DNA of 64,000 nucleotides, taken from Planctomycetota bacterium. GTDB lineage: Bacteria; Planctomycetota; PLA2; JAEUHO01. The notes under the pieces are model-generated. The model was not told the DNA's origin. It saw only the letters and a list, made by a program, of their open reading frames with translations, and made no database searches. The stretch is from contig CBDCWP010000013.1 of NCBI GenBank assembly GCA_965223505.1, positions 128,001 to 192,000 on the forward strand, given 5' to 3'. A program made the translations under genes and the position numbers. Each line of letters opens with the position of its first letter. Within the stretch, counting starts at the first letter, position 1. Below are positions 47,473 to 57,588 of the stretch, piece by piece.

Positions 47473-47988
47473 ATGAAGCGAATCGTTATATGGAGTAGCG
47501 CTATCATGTTGACGATGGCGATTGCAGGGATAAATATATACGCCCAGCAACAAAATCCATCACCTCAAGAAAAAACTGAAGAAAAAGTAGACGAAAAAAC
47601 AGAGGAAAAAATCGAGGAGAAGAATCTCTCGAAGCAGGAAGCGCAAACTGATTCTTCAGATAGTTCAAGCGTCTCCACAGAACAAGAGACGCCACGTCAT
47701 CCCTCAGCTGAGACGGCCTCAACCGTACAGGGCGTTATGCTGGCGTCCGACACAATTATAGGCGCAAAGGTTAGAAATGAGGAAGGTGACGCGGTCGGCG
47801 AGATACAGCGGTTGCTCATCAGCCCGCGATACGGCACGGTTTTGTATGCGGAGTTGGGAGTGGGCGGTTTCTTAGGTATGGGAGAAAAAACGATTATGGT
47901 GCCGTGGAAAGCCATTGAAATCGCACGCAATGGTGATTCATTGGTGCTCAACACGTCAAAGCAGTTGCTTCAAAAAAAAGCTGAGTAA
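47473..47988 (+). CDS. Secreted PRC-barrel domain protein
   Basis: Signal peptide; ASDTIIGAKVRN-x2-G-x2-VGEI...GGFLGMGEK-x3-VPW. Confidence 0.9.
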   Translation: MKRIVIWSSAIMLTMAIAGINIYAQQQNPSPQEKTEEKVDEKTEEKIEEKNLSKQEAQTDSSDSSSVSTEQETPRHPSAETASTVQGVMLASDTIIGAKVRNEEGDAVGEIQRLLISPRYGTVLYAELGVGGFLGMGEKTIMVPWKAIEIARNGDSLVLNTSKQLLQKKAE

Positions 47989-48019
47989 ATTCTCGCAGAC
48001 CGCATTCCCGATAATCTAT

Positions 48020-48058
48020 AGGTTTTCGGCAAAAGCTGACAGGTTTTGCCGAAAACCT
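48020..48058. terminator. Hairpin between convergent genes
   Basis: AGGTTTTCGGCAAAA-9nt-TTTTGCCGAAAACCT, 15-bp stem. Confidence 0.68.
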
Positions 48059-48067
48059 TGTCAGGCT

Positions 48068-48940
48068 TTATTTAGATTCCCCAACTTCAATTGTTAATCC
48101 CTCAAAAGCGGCGGTGCAACAAGCCTCTGGATGCCGTTGCTGCAGCCACAGGTGAGTTTCTTCTTGAATAGCATCGAGTTCGTCATCCGCGCGTTCCGGG
48201 TCGTGGTGAAATAGGACGAGATGTTTTACCTCAGCCGCTGCCGCGAGCTCTCGAACCTGGCTGACGAGGCTATGTCCCCAACCGTGCTTATGAGGCATAT
48301 CGCTTTCGAGGTACTGGGCGTCGTGGATGAGCACATCGGCCTGACGACAAAACTCGACAAAGGACTCAAACGAAGTCGTTTTTGTATAGGGCGGTTCGAG
48401 TTCGTTATCGGTTAGATAGACCACGACATGTCCTTCATGCTCAATGCGATACCCTGAACTGCGACCGGGATGATTCGTCTCGATCTCCGAAATGCCGAAC
48501 CCTTGATGGTTCAGAAACTTCATCACGTCGTGGACAACACATTGCGTTTGCGAAGGCAGATTGCCTGCTTGGACCGGAAAATGGGCCCCATCCATTTGCT
48601 CTAGAGCAGTACACCATAAGGTTTCCCCAGAGGGGGTCGGAAAAATATAAATCCGCCGATCCGCTTGATAGAGGGGTTGAAAGAAAGGCAACCCCTGGAT
48701 GTGATCCCAATGGGGATGGGATAATAGAATGAATAAATCGCTATCGTCACTGGCCAGAACCTGTCCGAGTTGACGAATGCCGGTCCCTGCGTCGAGTATT
48801 AACCGCTGGCCTGTCGATAGCTCTACGCTGACACAAGACGTATTGCCGCCATACCGCATGGTCGAAGCGCCTGGGCTCGGAATGGAACCACGCACGCCCC
48901 AAAATTGAATGGTGATTGAGGCGGGTGAGGAAGTCATCAT
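48068..48940 (-). CDS. MBL-fold metallohydrolase
   Basis: FWGVRGSIP, YGGNTSC, DAGTG, HPHWDHIQG, HDAQY, WGHS, LFHHDP. Confidence 0.92.
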   Translation of the reverse strand: MMTSSPASITIQFWGVRGSIPSPGASTMRYGGNTSCVSVELSTGQRLILDAGTGIRQLGQVLASDDSDLFILLSHPHWDHIQGLPFFQPLYQADRRIYIFPTPSGETLWCTALEQMDGAHFPVQAGNLPSQTQCVVHDVMKFLNHQGFGISEIETNHPGRSSGYRIEHEGHVVVYLTDNELEPPYTKTTSFESFVEFCRQADVLIHDAQYLESDMPHKHGWGHSLVSQVRELAAAAEVKHLVLFHHDPERADDELDAIQEETHLWLQQRHPEACCTAAFEGLTIEVGESK

Positions 48941-49466
48941 CGTCTCCTTGTCTTTCAAGTTGCTTAAGCAAGTGGCGTAGCCAAGTTGCACAGATTCATC
49001 CGCCATCATAGATACTCTTTGACGCTGCTGAACTCATGAAGCCCAAAGCGATAATGCAACCTGACAGCGTTCTAATAAAACGTTTAAGGCATCTTTCTTG
49101 AAGAATTTTATGTCTTCGCTGTTGCCTGTGACATCAAACCTCACAGCTCCTGAGAGCACACTCTATACCAAATATAATAAAACAACTCTTAACATTGTGC
49201 AACGCACCAGTGAAGGACCATCGCAATGTATCTATGAGAGGAGCGCCGTCGCTCGTCCGCATCTATTGATCAAAATCCCCGAGGCGGACGCAGGCGCGCT
49301 GGCGATAGAAATGGCTCACGATTCAGTCGCCTGGCAACGTCGCTACGAAGGAGTTCAAAAATTTATCGGTCCGCTCGACACGCTCATGCAGACTCTGGCG
49401 GACAAGATCGATGACCAGCAATCGTTTCTGGCCAATTCGATGTCGGCTCTGCGACTTGTTGATTCA

Positions 49467-49500
49467 TTTCATTTTGAAATACCTAGGTTTTATATTGAGA
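49467..49500. promoter_or_regulatory. Tandem putative UAS pair, 21-bp period
   Basis: TTTCATTTTGAAA (49467) and TTTTATATTGAGA (49488). Confidence 0.65.
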
Positions 49501-49556
49501 GGTGATGGGTCCAAAAACTGACCGACAGGGGTGAAATTTAGATGAGTTATAGAATC

Positions 49557-49570
49557 GGCATAAAAATTGC
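49557..49570 (+). promoter_or_regulatory. sigma-54 promoter for catalase
   Basis: CGGCATAAAAATTGCC. Confidence 0.75.
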
Positions 49571-49651
49571 CCATTCCATGACAAGATGACTCATAGGGTT
49601 GGTTTGTTGTCGAGGCAACCGACCGCGTCACAATTAATAAGGAGGTTCACC

Positions 49652-51160
49652 ATGGCGCAGGAAGATCAAAAGCTTACCACAGCGGCGGGGATACCCGTGC
49701 CGAATAATCAGGAATCCCTCACAGCGGGCCCACGCGGTCCCGTTCTCATGCAAGATTATCACCTCTTTGAAAAGTTGGCCCGCTTCAACCGGGAGCGCAT
49801 TCCGGAACGGGTGGTGCATGCCAAGGGCTATGGCGCCTATGGCGCGTTTACCGTGACGCAGGATATCACTCGCTACACGAGGGCCAATATCTTTGCAGAG
49901 GTAGGCAAAGCAACGGAATGCTTTTGCCGTTTCTCCACCGTTGGAGGAGAGGCGGGATCGGCGGATACGGCTCGCGACCCGCGCGGCTTCGCCATGAAGT
50001 TTTACACGGAGGAAGGCAACTGGGATCTGGCTGGCAATAACACGCCCATCTTTTTTGTGCGCGATCCGATAAAGTTCCCCGATTTCATCCACACGCAGAA
50101 ACGCGAACCTCGCTCGCACCTCAAGCCGAATTGGATGAAGTGGGATTTCTGGTCGCTGTCGCCGGAATCCCTGCACCAAGTTCTCATCCTCTTCAGCGAC
50201 CGCGGCACGCCGAAATCCGCTCGTTTTATGAATGGCTACGGTAGCCATACCTTTAGTTTCATCAACCACCAAGACGAGCGCTTCTGGGTGAAGTTCCATG
50301 TCAAGACGAGGCAAGGCATCGAGAATTTTACCGAGGCCGAAGCGATGCGAATGGCCGGTGAAGCGCCCGATTATTCCACTCGCGATTTGTTCGAAGCGAT
50401 CGAACGCGGCGACTATCCCCAATGGACGATGTACGTCCAGATCATGCCGGAAGAAGAGGCCGAGACCTATCGGATTCACCCCTTTGACCTGACCAAGGTG
50501 TGGTATCACAGCGATTACCCACTGATTGAAGTCGGCGTCATGGAGCTCAACCGCAATCCGGAGAACTATTTCGCCGAGGTGGAGCAAGCGGTGTTCGAGC
50601 CCAACAATGTTGTTCCCGGCATTGGTTTTTCTCCTGATAAAATGTTGCAAAATCGCGTCATTTCCTATCAGGACGCGCATCGCTATCGGCTCGGCGTCAA
50701 CTATGACCAAATACCTGTCAACCAGGCTAAGCACGCTAACGTGAATACCTATCATCGCGATGGCGTGATGCGTGTGGACGGCAATGATGGTCGGCAAGTA
50801 AATTACGAACCCAACAGCTTTGGGGGGCCAGCCGAAGCGCCGGAATACCGCGAACCGCCGCTGCGCATCGACGGGAACGCCGACCGCTACAACAGCTACC
50901 CGTGCGACGACGACGACTATTACGAGCAGCCAGGGCGGTTCTACCGCCAGGCGCTCGACGACACGGGGCGTCAGCATCTGGTGGAGAATCTCATAGGCAG
51001 CTTGCAAGATGTTCCTAACGAGATTCTGTTGCGGCAGCTCTATCACTTTCATAAGGCGGATGAGGAACTCGGCGAGCGCGTGGCGCAGGGACTTAAAGTC
51101 GCCATGGAGGAAGCCCTGAGCCGCGCTACGGCGGAAAACGGCGCGGCTGCGAAGCGCTAA
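49652..51160 (+). CDS. katA: Monofunctional heme catalase (small subunit)
   Basis: [27 protein letters not shown], proximal [22 protein letters not shown]. Confidence 0.96.
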   Translation: MAQEDQKLTTAAGIPVPNNQESLTAGPRGPVLMQDYHLFEKLARFNRERIPERVVHAKGYGAYGAFTVTQDITRYTRANIFAEVGKATECFCRFSTVGGEAGSADTARDPRGFAMKFYTEEGNWDLAGNNTPIFFVRDPIKFPDFIHTQKREPRSHLKPNWMKWDFWSLSPESLHQVLILFSDRGTPKSARFMNGYGSHTFSFINHQDERFWVKFHVKTRQGIENFTEAEAMRMAGEAPDYSTRDLFEAIERGDYPQWTMYVQIMPEEEAETYRIHPFDLTKVWYHSDYPLIEVGVMELNRNPENYFAEVEQAVFEPNNVVPGIGFSPDKMLQNRVISYQDAHRYRLGVNYDQIPVNQAKHANVNTYHRDGVMRVDGNDGRQVNYEPNSFGGPAEAPEYREPPLRIDGNADRYNSYPCDDDDYYEQPGRFYRQALDDTGRQHLVENLIGSLQDVPNEILLRQLYHFHKADEELGERVAQGLKVAMEEALSRATAENGAAAKR

Positions 51161-51208
51161 AGACATAGAGAGGGGGAGGGCGCATCGCCTTTCCCCTGCG
51201 CCGATGAA

Positions 51209-51326
51209 CCGGTGATAGTGCGCTTGAGCGATTTTGAGACGAATGAGGACGACGAACTCATTGGCGGCAAAGCCTTAGAGCCTAAAGAAAAAAATCCCAT
51301 GCTCGGCTTCCGCGGCTCGGCGCAGA
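51209..51326 (+). pseudogene. ppsA: Phosphoenolpyruvate synthase internal fragment
   Basis: PVIVRLSDFETNE...LIGG-x3-EPKEKNPMLGFRG. Confidence 0.8.
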
Positions 51327-51342
51327 CTCGGCAATGAAGACT

Positions 51343-51430
51343 CCCCGCAGCAAGCTACGGGGTTTCAAAAGGAAGATTCCTCTGAACCTACTCGAAGCAA
51401 GCTTCGGGGAATCGCACCCAAAGAGATTAA
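51343..51430. mobile_element. Short non-autonomous twin-hairpin (REP/PATE-like) element
   Basis: CCCCGCAGCAAGCTACGGGG and CTCGAAGCAAGCTTCGGGG share the AGCAAGCT apex; located between two gene fragments. Confidence 0.5.
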
Positions 51431-51481
51431 AATTGATTGCGCCGGCATTTTAGTCACGGATCGTTACGCCGTGGCGATCAG

Positions 51482-51670
51482 CTAGCCTGGGGTCGTATCG
51501 AGAATGCGCGGCATGAGTTCAACACCAATCACCGCGATGGCGATGCCCATCGCAGTATGAAGCGCCCCGCCAATAACCCACGGCGTGCGTGCGCACGCTT
51601 TCAGCAAGGAAACCACCAATAATATTATCGCTAGCTGGCAGCAGCGATGCATACAACTAACAAAACTCAT
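51482..51670 (-). pseudogene. ZIP-family metal transporter N-terminal remnant
   Basis: LLPASDNIIGGFLAESVRT | WVIGGALHTAMGIAIAVIGVELMPRIL in two frames. Confidence 0.55.
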
Positions 51671-51785
51671 TCATAAGGATTCTTAGTAACTCTCTGCGCT
51701 ATATCAAATATGAGCACTCGATTATCATGTCTTCCCCGTTGCCTGAGAGAATCTCTCAATCTTTAGTCTCGGCTTTCTACAAGGC

Positions 51786-53414
51786 TCATGGGAGTAGGCG
51801 TAACCAGCGATATCCATACGCTTCCAGATTGATGGTATAGGCATTACTTTGAATTGGCAAGGCTTGACAGTCGCCAAACAAGTCGAGAATATGCTGATTG
51901 TTGTAGTCTCGAAGATCGAGTTTAATCTCACGAGACTTCGATGACAAATTGTGTACAGCAATGATGGTGCGATCTTGCCACTGGCAGCTATGGGCAAACA
52001 CCACCGGATCATCAGTGTCGAGGATGCGCCAGTCTCCCCTGCCAAACTCAGGATGCTCCTTGCGCAATCGAATGGCCCGCTCAATCCAGTTGAGAAGCGA
52101 ATTCGGGTCGCGGCGCTGAGCCGCCACGTTCACTTTTGGGTATTGAAACGGTCCCTTGTCAATGACAGGGCGAATTAAGTCTTCTGGAGAGGCGGTGGAA
52201 AAACCGCCGTTGCTCGCCTCCGACCATTGCATAGGCGTCCGAACGCTATCGCGCTCGTTAAGCGATAAATCCTCACCCATGCCAATTTCATCACCGCACC
52301 AGAGCACCGGCGTGCCGGGGAGGCTGAACAGCAAGCTATAAGCCTGTTCGAGGCGGCGCGGATCGCCTTTGAGCATGGGCGCCAGGCGTCGTCGGATGCC
52401 GCGGTCGTAGAGCTGCATCGTCTCCTTGGGCGCGAACGCCTGAAAGACGTGATCGCGCTGCGCCTCGCTCAACCCTCCGAGATTTAACTCGTCGTGATTG
52501 CGGAGGAAATTGGCCCATTGTCCAGCCTCGGGGATCGAAGGCAACTTATACAATCCTTCGATCAGCGGCAACGCCTGCTGGCGGGCGAGAGCTAGAATGA
52601 GGTGCTGATTGGCCATGAAGTTAAATAACATATGCAACTTGTTGCCATCGCCAAAATATTCGGGCACCTTCTCCATAGCGACATTGGCTTCAGCGAGTAA
52701 AATGGCGTTGCCTCGACGCCACGAGAGAAAATCGCGGAATTCTCGTAGATACTGATACGGATCCGTTACATCGGGGTTGTCAATGCCGCGCAGTTCGATG
52801 AGAAACGGAGCCGCATCAACTCGGAACCCCGAGACGCCCAGGGCAAGCCAGAACCCCATAATTTTACGTATCTCTTCGCGCACCGCCGGATTGGCGATAT
52901 TCAAATCTGGCTGATGTTTATAGAAGCGATGAAAATAATAGGCGCGCGCCTTACGATCGTATGACCACACCGCTTCTTGCACGCCTGGAAAGAGCACGCC
53001 CTCTTCCGCATCCGCAGGTTTGGTGTCGGACCACACGTAATAATCATGGTATGGCGACGAGGGGTCGGACCGCGCCGCTTGAAACCATGGATGGCGATCG
53101 GAAGTATGATTCACCACGAGATCGATGATGACCCTTATGCCGCGATCGTGCGCCTGCTGCATAAATTCGGTGAAATCGCCAAGCGTGCCGAGACGAGGGT
53201 CAACGCCGTAATAATCCATAATGTCATAGCCATTATCGCGGTCGGGCGTGGGGTAAAACGGCAACAGCCATAAGCAATTGACGCCTAACCCTTCAAGATA
53301 CGCCAGTCGCTCTGTCAGCCCCTGAAAATCGCCAATGCCGTCGCCATTCGCATCCTGAAAGCTATCCACATCGAGACAGTAAATAATGGCGTCTTTGTAC
53401 CAAAGATCGTGCAT
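51786..53414 (-). CDS. GH13 alpha-amylase family, trehalose synthase (TreS)-like
   Basis: WYKDAIIY, DANGDGIGDF, DLVVNHTS, GFRVDAAP, LAEAN, FLRNHDEL, RGIRRRLAP. Confidence 0.9.
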   Translation of the reverse strand: MHDLWYKDAIIYCLDVDSFQDANGDGIGDFQGLTERLAYLEGLGVNCLWLLPFYPTPDRDNGYDIMDYYGVDPRLGTLGDFTEFMQQAHDRGIRVIIDLVVNHTSDRHPWFQAARSDPSSPYHDYYVWSDTKPADAEEGVLFPGVQEAVWSYDRKARAYYFHRFYKHQPDLNIANPAVREEIRKIMGFWLALGVSGFRVDAAPFLIELRGIDNPDVTDPYQYLREFRDFLSWRRGNAILLAEANVAMEKVPEYFGDGNKLHMLFNFMANQHLILALARQQALPLIEGLYKLPSIPEAGQWANFLRNHDELNLGGLSEAQRDHVFQAFAPKETMQLYDRGIRRRLAPMLKGDPRRLEQAYSLLFSLPGTPVLWCGDEIGMGEDLSLNERDSVRTPMQWSEASNGGFSTASPEDLIRPVIDKGPFQYPKVNVAAQRRDPNSLLNWIERAIRLRKEHPEFGRGDWRILDTDDPVVFAHSCQWQDRTIIAVHNLSSKSREIKLDLRDYNNQHILDLFGDCQALPIQSNAYTINLEAYGYRWLRLLP

Positions 53415-53472
53415 GTGCTACCTCCTGAAATAATCGTGTCTAGATCTACACGCAGCCGGCGTATACAGGGTC

Positions 53473-54456
53473 TTAGTCGCGGCGTCTGCGTCTGAAGAGA
53501 AAAAGCGCAGCGCCGGCCAGAAATAACCAGTGGCGATTTTTGGTCACCCAGAGCTGCGCGCTCTGCGATTGCGAACGATGATCAAACATACCATGCGCGC
53601 CGTGGTCGCCTTGGACGGGCGCAAACAGATTATCCGCCCGGTTTGCGGGTAGATAGGCGGGTGTTTGTTGAGCGTCATAGCCGGTGCGGGCGAGGTATCG
53701 ATCCAGAAAGCCTGGGATAAATTTCTGTCCCCAAATCGCTTTGACCGTCGGCAAGCCCACGTGGACTTCTCGCCGTTTATGATAAGCGGCCCAGACAATG
53801 GCGTCTGCAGCGACTTCCGGTTGAAAGATAGGCGGCACGGGCTGGGGCTGACGCGGCATGCGGGTTTTGCTCCAGGAAAACTGAGGCGTATTGAGCGCCG
53901 GGAGTTGCACCATGGTCAGGTGGATATGACTGCCATCGTGCAAAAGCTCTGTGCGCAACGAGTCGGTGAAGCCTTTGAGCCCGTGTTTGGCGCCGCAATA
54001 AGCGGCCTGTAATGGAATCGATCGGTAGACCAGCGCCGAGCCCACCTGCACAATGCTGCCTGCATCACGCGGCAGCATACGCTTGAGCGCCGCCATGGTG
54101 CCGTAGACTGCGCCCAGATAGGTCACCTCCGTGGCCCGTTTGAATTCTTTCGGGGACGTCTCTTTTACGGGCGCAAAGACAGTGGCCATCGCATTGTTCA
54201 CCCAGACTCGAATGGGGCCGAGTTCTTGTTCGACCTGCGCCGCTGCTGTTTCAACTTGGTCGGCATCGGCGACATCCGTGGGGATGGCCAGCGCTGTTCC
54301 GCCTAGGGCGCGCACCTCCCGGCAGGTAGCGTCGAGCCCCTCCTGACCACGGGCCAGTAATCCAATGCGGGCGCCTTGTTTGGCGAACGCCCACGCCGTG
54401 GCGCGACCCACTCCGGCCGAGGCGCCTGTAATGACAACGACATCGGAAGTATGCAT
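53473..54456 (-). CDS. SDR family oxidoreductase
   Basis: TGASAGVG, NNA, YCGAK. Confidence 0.93.
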   Translation of the reverse strand: MHTSDVVVITGASAGVGRATAWAFAKQGARIGLLARGQEGLDATCREVRALGGTALAIPTDVADADQVETAAAQVEQELGPIRVWVNNAMATVFAPVKETSPKEFKRATEVTYLGAVYGTMAALKRMLPRDAGSIVQVGSALVYRSIPLQAAYCGAKHGLKGFTDSLRTELLHDGSHIHLTMVQLPALNTPQFSWSKTRMPRQPQPVPPIFQPEVAADAIVWAAYHKRREVHVGLPTVKAIWGQKFIPGFLDRYLARTGYDAQQTPAYLPANRADNLFAPVQGDHGAHGMFDHRSQSQSAQLWVTKNRHWLFLAGAALFLFRRRRRD

Positions 54457-54499
54457 GAATTTTTTCCTTCTCCTGATGAGCATTTCGCTCTGAGATTTG

Positions 54500-54934
54500 T
54501 TAGTTGCCTTCCTGCCAAAAATCTTTCATAGCAGTATAGCCGAAAGAGGCTGACCAGGTAATCAGTAAAAATCCCGCCAGAGCCTCCAGTCCTGCAATGA
54601 TTTTCAAGGCGCCAGTTGGCTGAAAGCTACTTAGCCCTAAAGTACTATAGCTTACTATTGAAAAATAAAAATAATTTAACGGTGTTGGAGTGAATGTGTC
54701 AGTGAATCCGCCAAAGTGCAACAATTGATCAAAAATATAGTATGCGCACGCAAAGAGGCCGATTTCTACAACATGTCCGATGAAAACGAAAAATATTATT
54801 ACAGCAATCCATAAGCGATGGGGAATGGGCAAGAAAGGGAGATAGCGAGAGATTAATTGGAGCGTTTCAAAGTGTATTAAAATAACACAAAAGAGTAGAA
54901 ATATACTTGCGCCAAGTGAAGCGATGATTGTCAT
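54500..54934 (-). CDS. Ion-channel-like (Ion_trans_2) small membrane protein
   Basis: YFYFSIVSYSTLG pore-helix-like motif, GLEALAGFLLITWSASF. Confidence 0.75.
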   Translation of the reverse strand: MTIIASLGASIFLLFCVILIHFETLQLISRYLPFLPIPHRLWIAVIIFFVFIGHVVEIGLFACAYYIFDQLLHFGGFTDTFTPTPLNYFYFSIVSYSTLGLSSFQPTGALKIIAGLEALAGFLLITWSASFGYTAMKDFWQEGN

Positions 54935-55179
54935 TCGAGACCTTCCTAAGTCACCAAGATATGACAAATTTACCATCAATACACATGAATGCCTCTCAAC
55001 TAATGAGATGGTAATTTGACATAGGACATGCTCTTGATAGTATGAAGGCATGTATTTGCTACAGCCGCCAAAACTAAGAAAGAGCATGTCCTGTGGGGTA
55101 TTCAATATCTTGAAATGTATGTCAGTCACACGCGTCACGACTATATTGGTAAGGTATGGCGCGTGTGATCGGGAGCGCG

Positions 55180-56259
55180 TTATGACCGAGGGGTCGGATG
55201 AGTCGATTCCGCTGGCTGCTCTGTCTGATTCGCCTCTTTCTTCGCCGCCTCGATGGAAGCGCTGGCGACCCGTTCAAGCTTCTCTGTCGTTTGACGCAAC
55301 GTCTGATCCGCGCGTTCTTGCGTCAAGCCTTCTCGATTAGCTTGCTCCATCGCGGCGCCGCTGGCGGCGCTGGCAACGTGTTTTGCTCTCTCAAGTTGCT
55401 CTTCGCCGAGTTCCTCAGCGCGGCGCACCAGTTGATCTCGGGTTTCACCCATCAGTTCATCTTCGCGCTCGGTCGGCGGCAAACCCGCGCCCAAAGCCGC
55501 GCCCAAAGCGAACCCTAAAGCGCCGAGCACCAACGGCTGCTCATCGCGTAAATAGTTAAATGTCTCTTTAGTTTTGCCCCCCTGCTGACGGGCTTGATAA
55601 CGGAGTCGGTCAGTAGTATGACCGGCATGCTCACGCGCGCTAGCGGCCATGCCGCTGACGCGTTCTCGGGCGCCGGCGGCGGCATGGCTCACGCCCTCTC
55701 GAGCGCTGGCGGCGGCATGGCTGACGCCCTCTCGAGCGCTAGCAGCGGCATGGCTCACGCCCTGGCCCGCTGCCCTAACGCGTTCTTGAACGCCGGAGGC
55801 CATCTGACCCGCACGCTCCCTGAGGCCATCCGAACGCTCCTGCGCCCCGCGCGCATCCGAAACCGGCGCATTATAGGCGTCATAAACCGTTACGTCACGA
55901 TCATCATGCGCACTGCCAATATAATAGGGATCATGGGCGCGCGTGCGCGGACTAGGACTTGACGTGCGACTCGAGCCCCCCAGCATCAGCCAAGCAAGCC
56001 CGGCGCCGATGAGCGCAACTGGAACCGGATTTTGCTTGATCGACTCGCCCACACTGCTCGCCCATTGGCTCGCCGTTTCCCCCATCCCTTGCTGGTTGTC
56101 ATTGCTGTTGCTTTTGAAATAATTCAAGGCTTGATCGAGAAGCTCGCCAGGCGAGAGCTTGTCGCGAATCGCATCCAACGTCTCACTCATTTCGGCGCGT
56201 GTTTGTTGAATGTCGCGTTGAATCTGTTCGGGACTTCTTGTATCTTGATGTTCACTCAT
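55180..56259 (-). CDS. DUF3618 domain protein with LEA-like repeats
   Basis: SPEQIQRDIQQTRAEMSETLDAI, NPVPVALIGAGLAWL, LPPTEREDELMGE. Confidence 0.88.
   Translation of the reverse strand: MSEHQDTRSPEQIQRDIQQTRAEMSETLDAIRDKLSPGELLDQALNYFKSNSNDNQQGMGETASQWASSVGESIKQNPVPVALIGAGLAWLMLGGSSRTSSPSPRTRAHDPYYIGSAHDDRDVTVYDAYNAPVSDARGAQERSDGLRERAGQMASGVQERVRAAGQGVSHAAASAREGVSHAAASAREGVSHAAAGARERVSGMAASAREHAGHTTDRLRYQARQQGGKTKETFNYLRDEQPLVLGALGFALGAALGAGLPPTEREDELMGETRDQLVRRAEELGEEQLERAKHVASAASGAAMEQANREGLTQERADQTLRQTTEKLERVASASIEAAKKEANQTEQPAESTHPTPRS
55665..55763 (-). repeat. 33-bp tandem repeat x3 (11-mer GVSHAAASARE)
   Basis: Units such as GGCATGGCTCACGCCCTCTCGAGCGCTGGCGGC on + strand. Confidence 0.88.
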
Positions 56260-56684
56260 TATATATGCTCCTTTACCATCTCTTTGTCACGTTGCAGGGA
56301 GGTCGCAGTGCGTTCTGGCGTCAACGTGGTGGTTTTAATCTCATTGCGCCCATTTTGCAGCATGATGTAACCAATTACCGCCAGGACGACACCGACAATC
56401 AGCGCCCCCAACCAGGGGCTTAAAGTTGGGGGCAACAACTCCCCCAATCCATAGATGGCGAAATCGATCAGCGCTAAGAGACCGCCTAACAAGATGACTG
56501 CCCCAATAGCCAGGGTCGACGCGCCTCGACCAACTTGGGAAACCTTTTCTGACATTTCAGCTTTGGCTAACGCGACTTCCTGTTGCACCAATGTCGTGGT
56601 GTCTTGAGCCAGCTCTGAAATTAACACGCCGAGAGAACGATCGTCTTGCGGCGTGCGAGTATGCGAGTTTTGCGGTGACGCCAT
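56259..56684 (-). CDS. Phage_holin_3_6 family membrane protein
   Basis: RSLG-x-LI-x-EL...LVQQEVALAKAEM, two TM, P-x-RT-x2-SL-x2-D. Confidence 0.88.
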   Translation of the reverse strand: MASPQNSHTRTPQDDRSLGVLISELAQDTTTLVQQEVALAKAEMSEKVSQVGRGASTLAIGAVILLGGLLALIDFAIYGLGELLPPTLSPWLGALIVGVVLAVIGYIMLQNGRNEIKTTTLTPERTATSLQRDKEMVKEHI

Positions 56685-56685
56685 C

Positions 56686-57393
56686 TTAATGGTCTCCTCT
56701 GGGCGAAATAGACTCGGGGGTCACGACATCTGAACTCGTTGCGCCAGGGGCGCTTGCAGGGGGCGTCATGGGAGGCGTTGTCGTCTGCGGCGTTGGGACA
56801 TGATTGCCTCTGGGCGAAATGGGCCGAGGCGTCACGACATCCGCACTCGTTGCGCCAGGGGCGCTTCGAGGCGGTGTAGGCTGTCCGGGATGCGAGTATG
56901 ACGCCTGCGTATGCGCAGAGGGCGTGTCGTGACGCTCGGCTGAACTTTTGAGAAATCGAGCAGCCATAAACCCCAGTAAAGCAGCGCTGCCAATAAAGGC
57001 GCCGGGTTGGTTGCGGGCAAAGCTTTCAACCTGTCCCATCAGCGCGCCCATATCGCGATCTTTTAGGGTCTGCGAGAACCGCTCGATCCCCTCCGCTGCT
57101 TGCTGCGTGTACTGCGCCATGGCGCTTTGATTCTGCGTCTGGAGTTCATCGGCCGTGCGGTGTAAAGCCGTTGCTAAACCATTGACCTGTGCGGCCACGG
57201 CGTCTTTTTGATCCTGAAATAGCGCCTCGCCTTGGGCTTTGGCTTCTTGGGTCAGCCGTTGGGCCTCGTGTTGGATGCGGTCGCCAATTTCTTGCGCTTT
57301 CGCTGTCGTCTCTGGGGCCCTTTGTTCAGCGGTGTTAACCGCCGATGTTGTGGTTGACAACGTTGGGTTTTGATAGGGTTGATGTTCACTCAT
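56686..57393 (-). CDS. Stress-associated hypothetical protein (first gene of the DUF3618 trio)
   Basis: VESFARNQPGAFIGSAALLGFMAARFLKSS; RBS GAGGAG. Confidence 0.82.
   Translation of the reverse strand: MSEHQPYQNPTLSTTTSAVNTAEQRAPETTAKAQEIGDRIQHEAQRLTQEAKAQGEALFQDQKDAVAAQVNGLATALHRTADELQTQNQSAMAQYTQQAAEGIERFSQTLKDRDMGALMGQVESFARNQPGAFIGSAALLGFMAARFLKSSAERHDTPSAHTQASYSHPGQPTPPRSAPGATSADVVTPRPISPRGNHVPTPQTTTPPMTPPASAPGATSSDVVTPESISPRGDH
56696..56866 (-). repeat. 60-bp direct repeat x2 (SAPGATS-x-DVVTP-x2-ISPRG)
   Basis: Copies at 56696-56755 and 56807-56866. Confidence 0.8.
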
Positions 57394-57489
57394 ACGTTTT
57401 TCTCCTCGCAAAAGTTTTTGTCCCCCTGACATCCATGCAGATTTCTAAAATATGACCATACAAGGATGAGGCGATTCTCTGCTCAATAA

Positions 57490-57503
57490 GCAAGTTCCAT
57501 GCC
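57490..57503 (-). promoter_or_regulatory. sigma-54 promoter for DUF3618 operon
   Basis: Minus strand CTGGCATGGAACTTGCT (same core as 27451). Confidence 0.83.
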
Positions 57504-57588
57504 AGCATTTAAAATCGCGCATTATGGCCTTTATATTCATATAGTCATGTTGTTACGAGTAAAACACTATCCCACTGAAGCGTATTTT

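Noticed and set aside
48968..48982. TTGGCTACGCCACTTGCT upstream of the MBL gene (also AGGCATTGACTTGCG at 14828-14840)
   Set aside because: GG-GC spacing is off by one base, which sigma-54 does not tolerate
49634..51166. 510-aa ORF antisense to catalase
   Set aside because: Shadow frame of a strongly codon-biased gene; no RBS or motifs
51604..51617. sigma-54-like TTGGTGGTTTCCTTGCT on minus strand
   Set aside because: Lies inside the ZIP remnant coding sequence (GGFLA) and lacks YAY after GG
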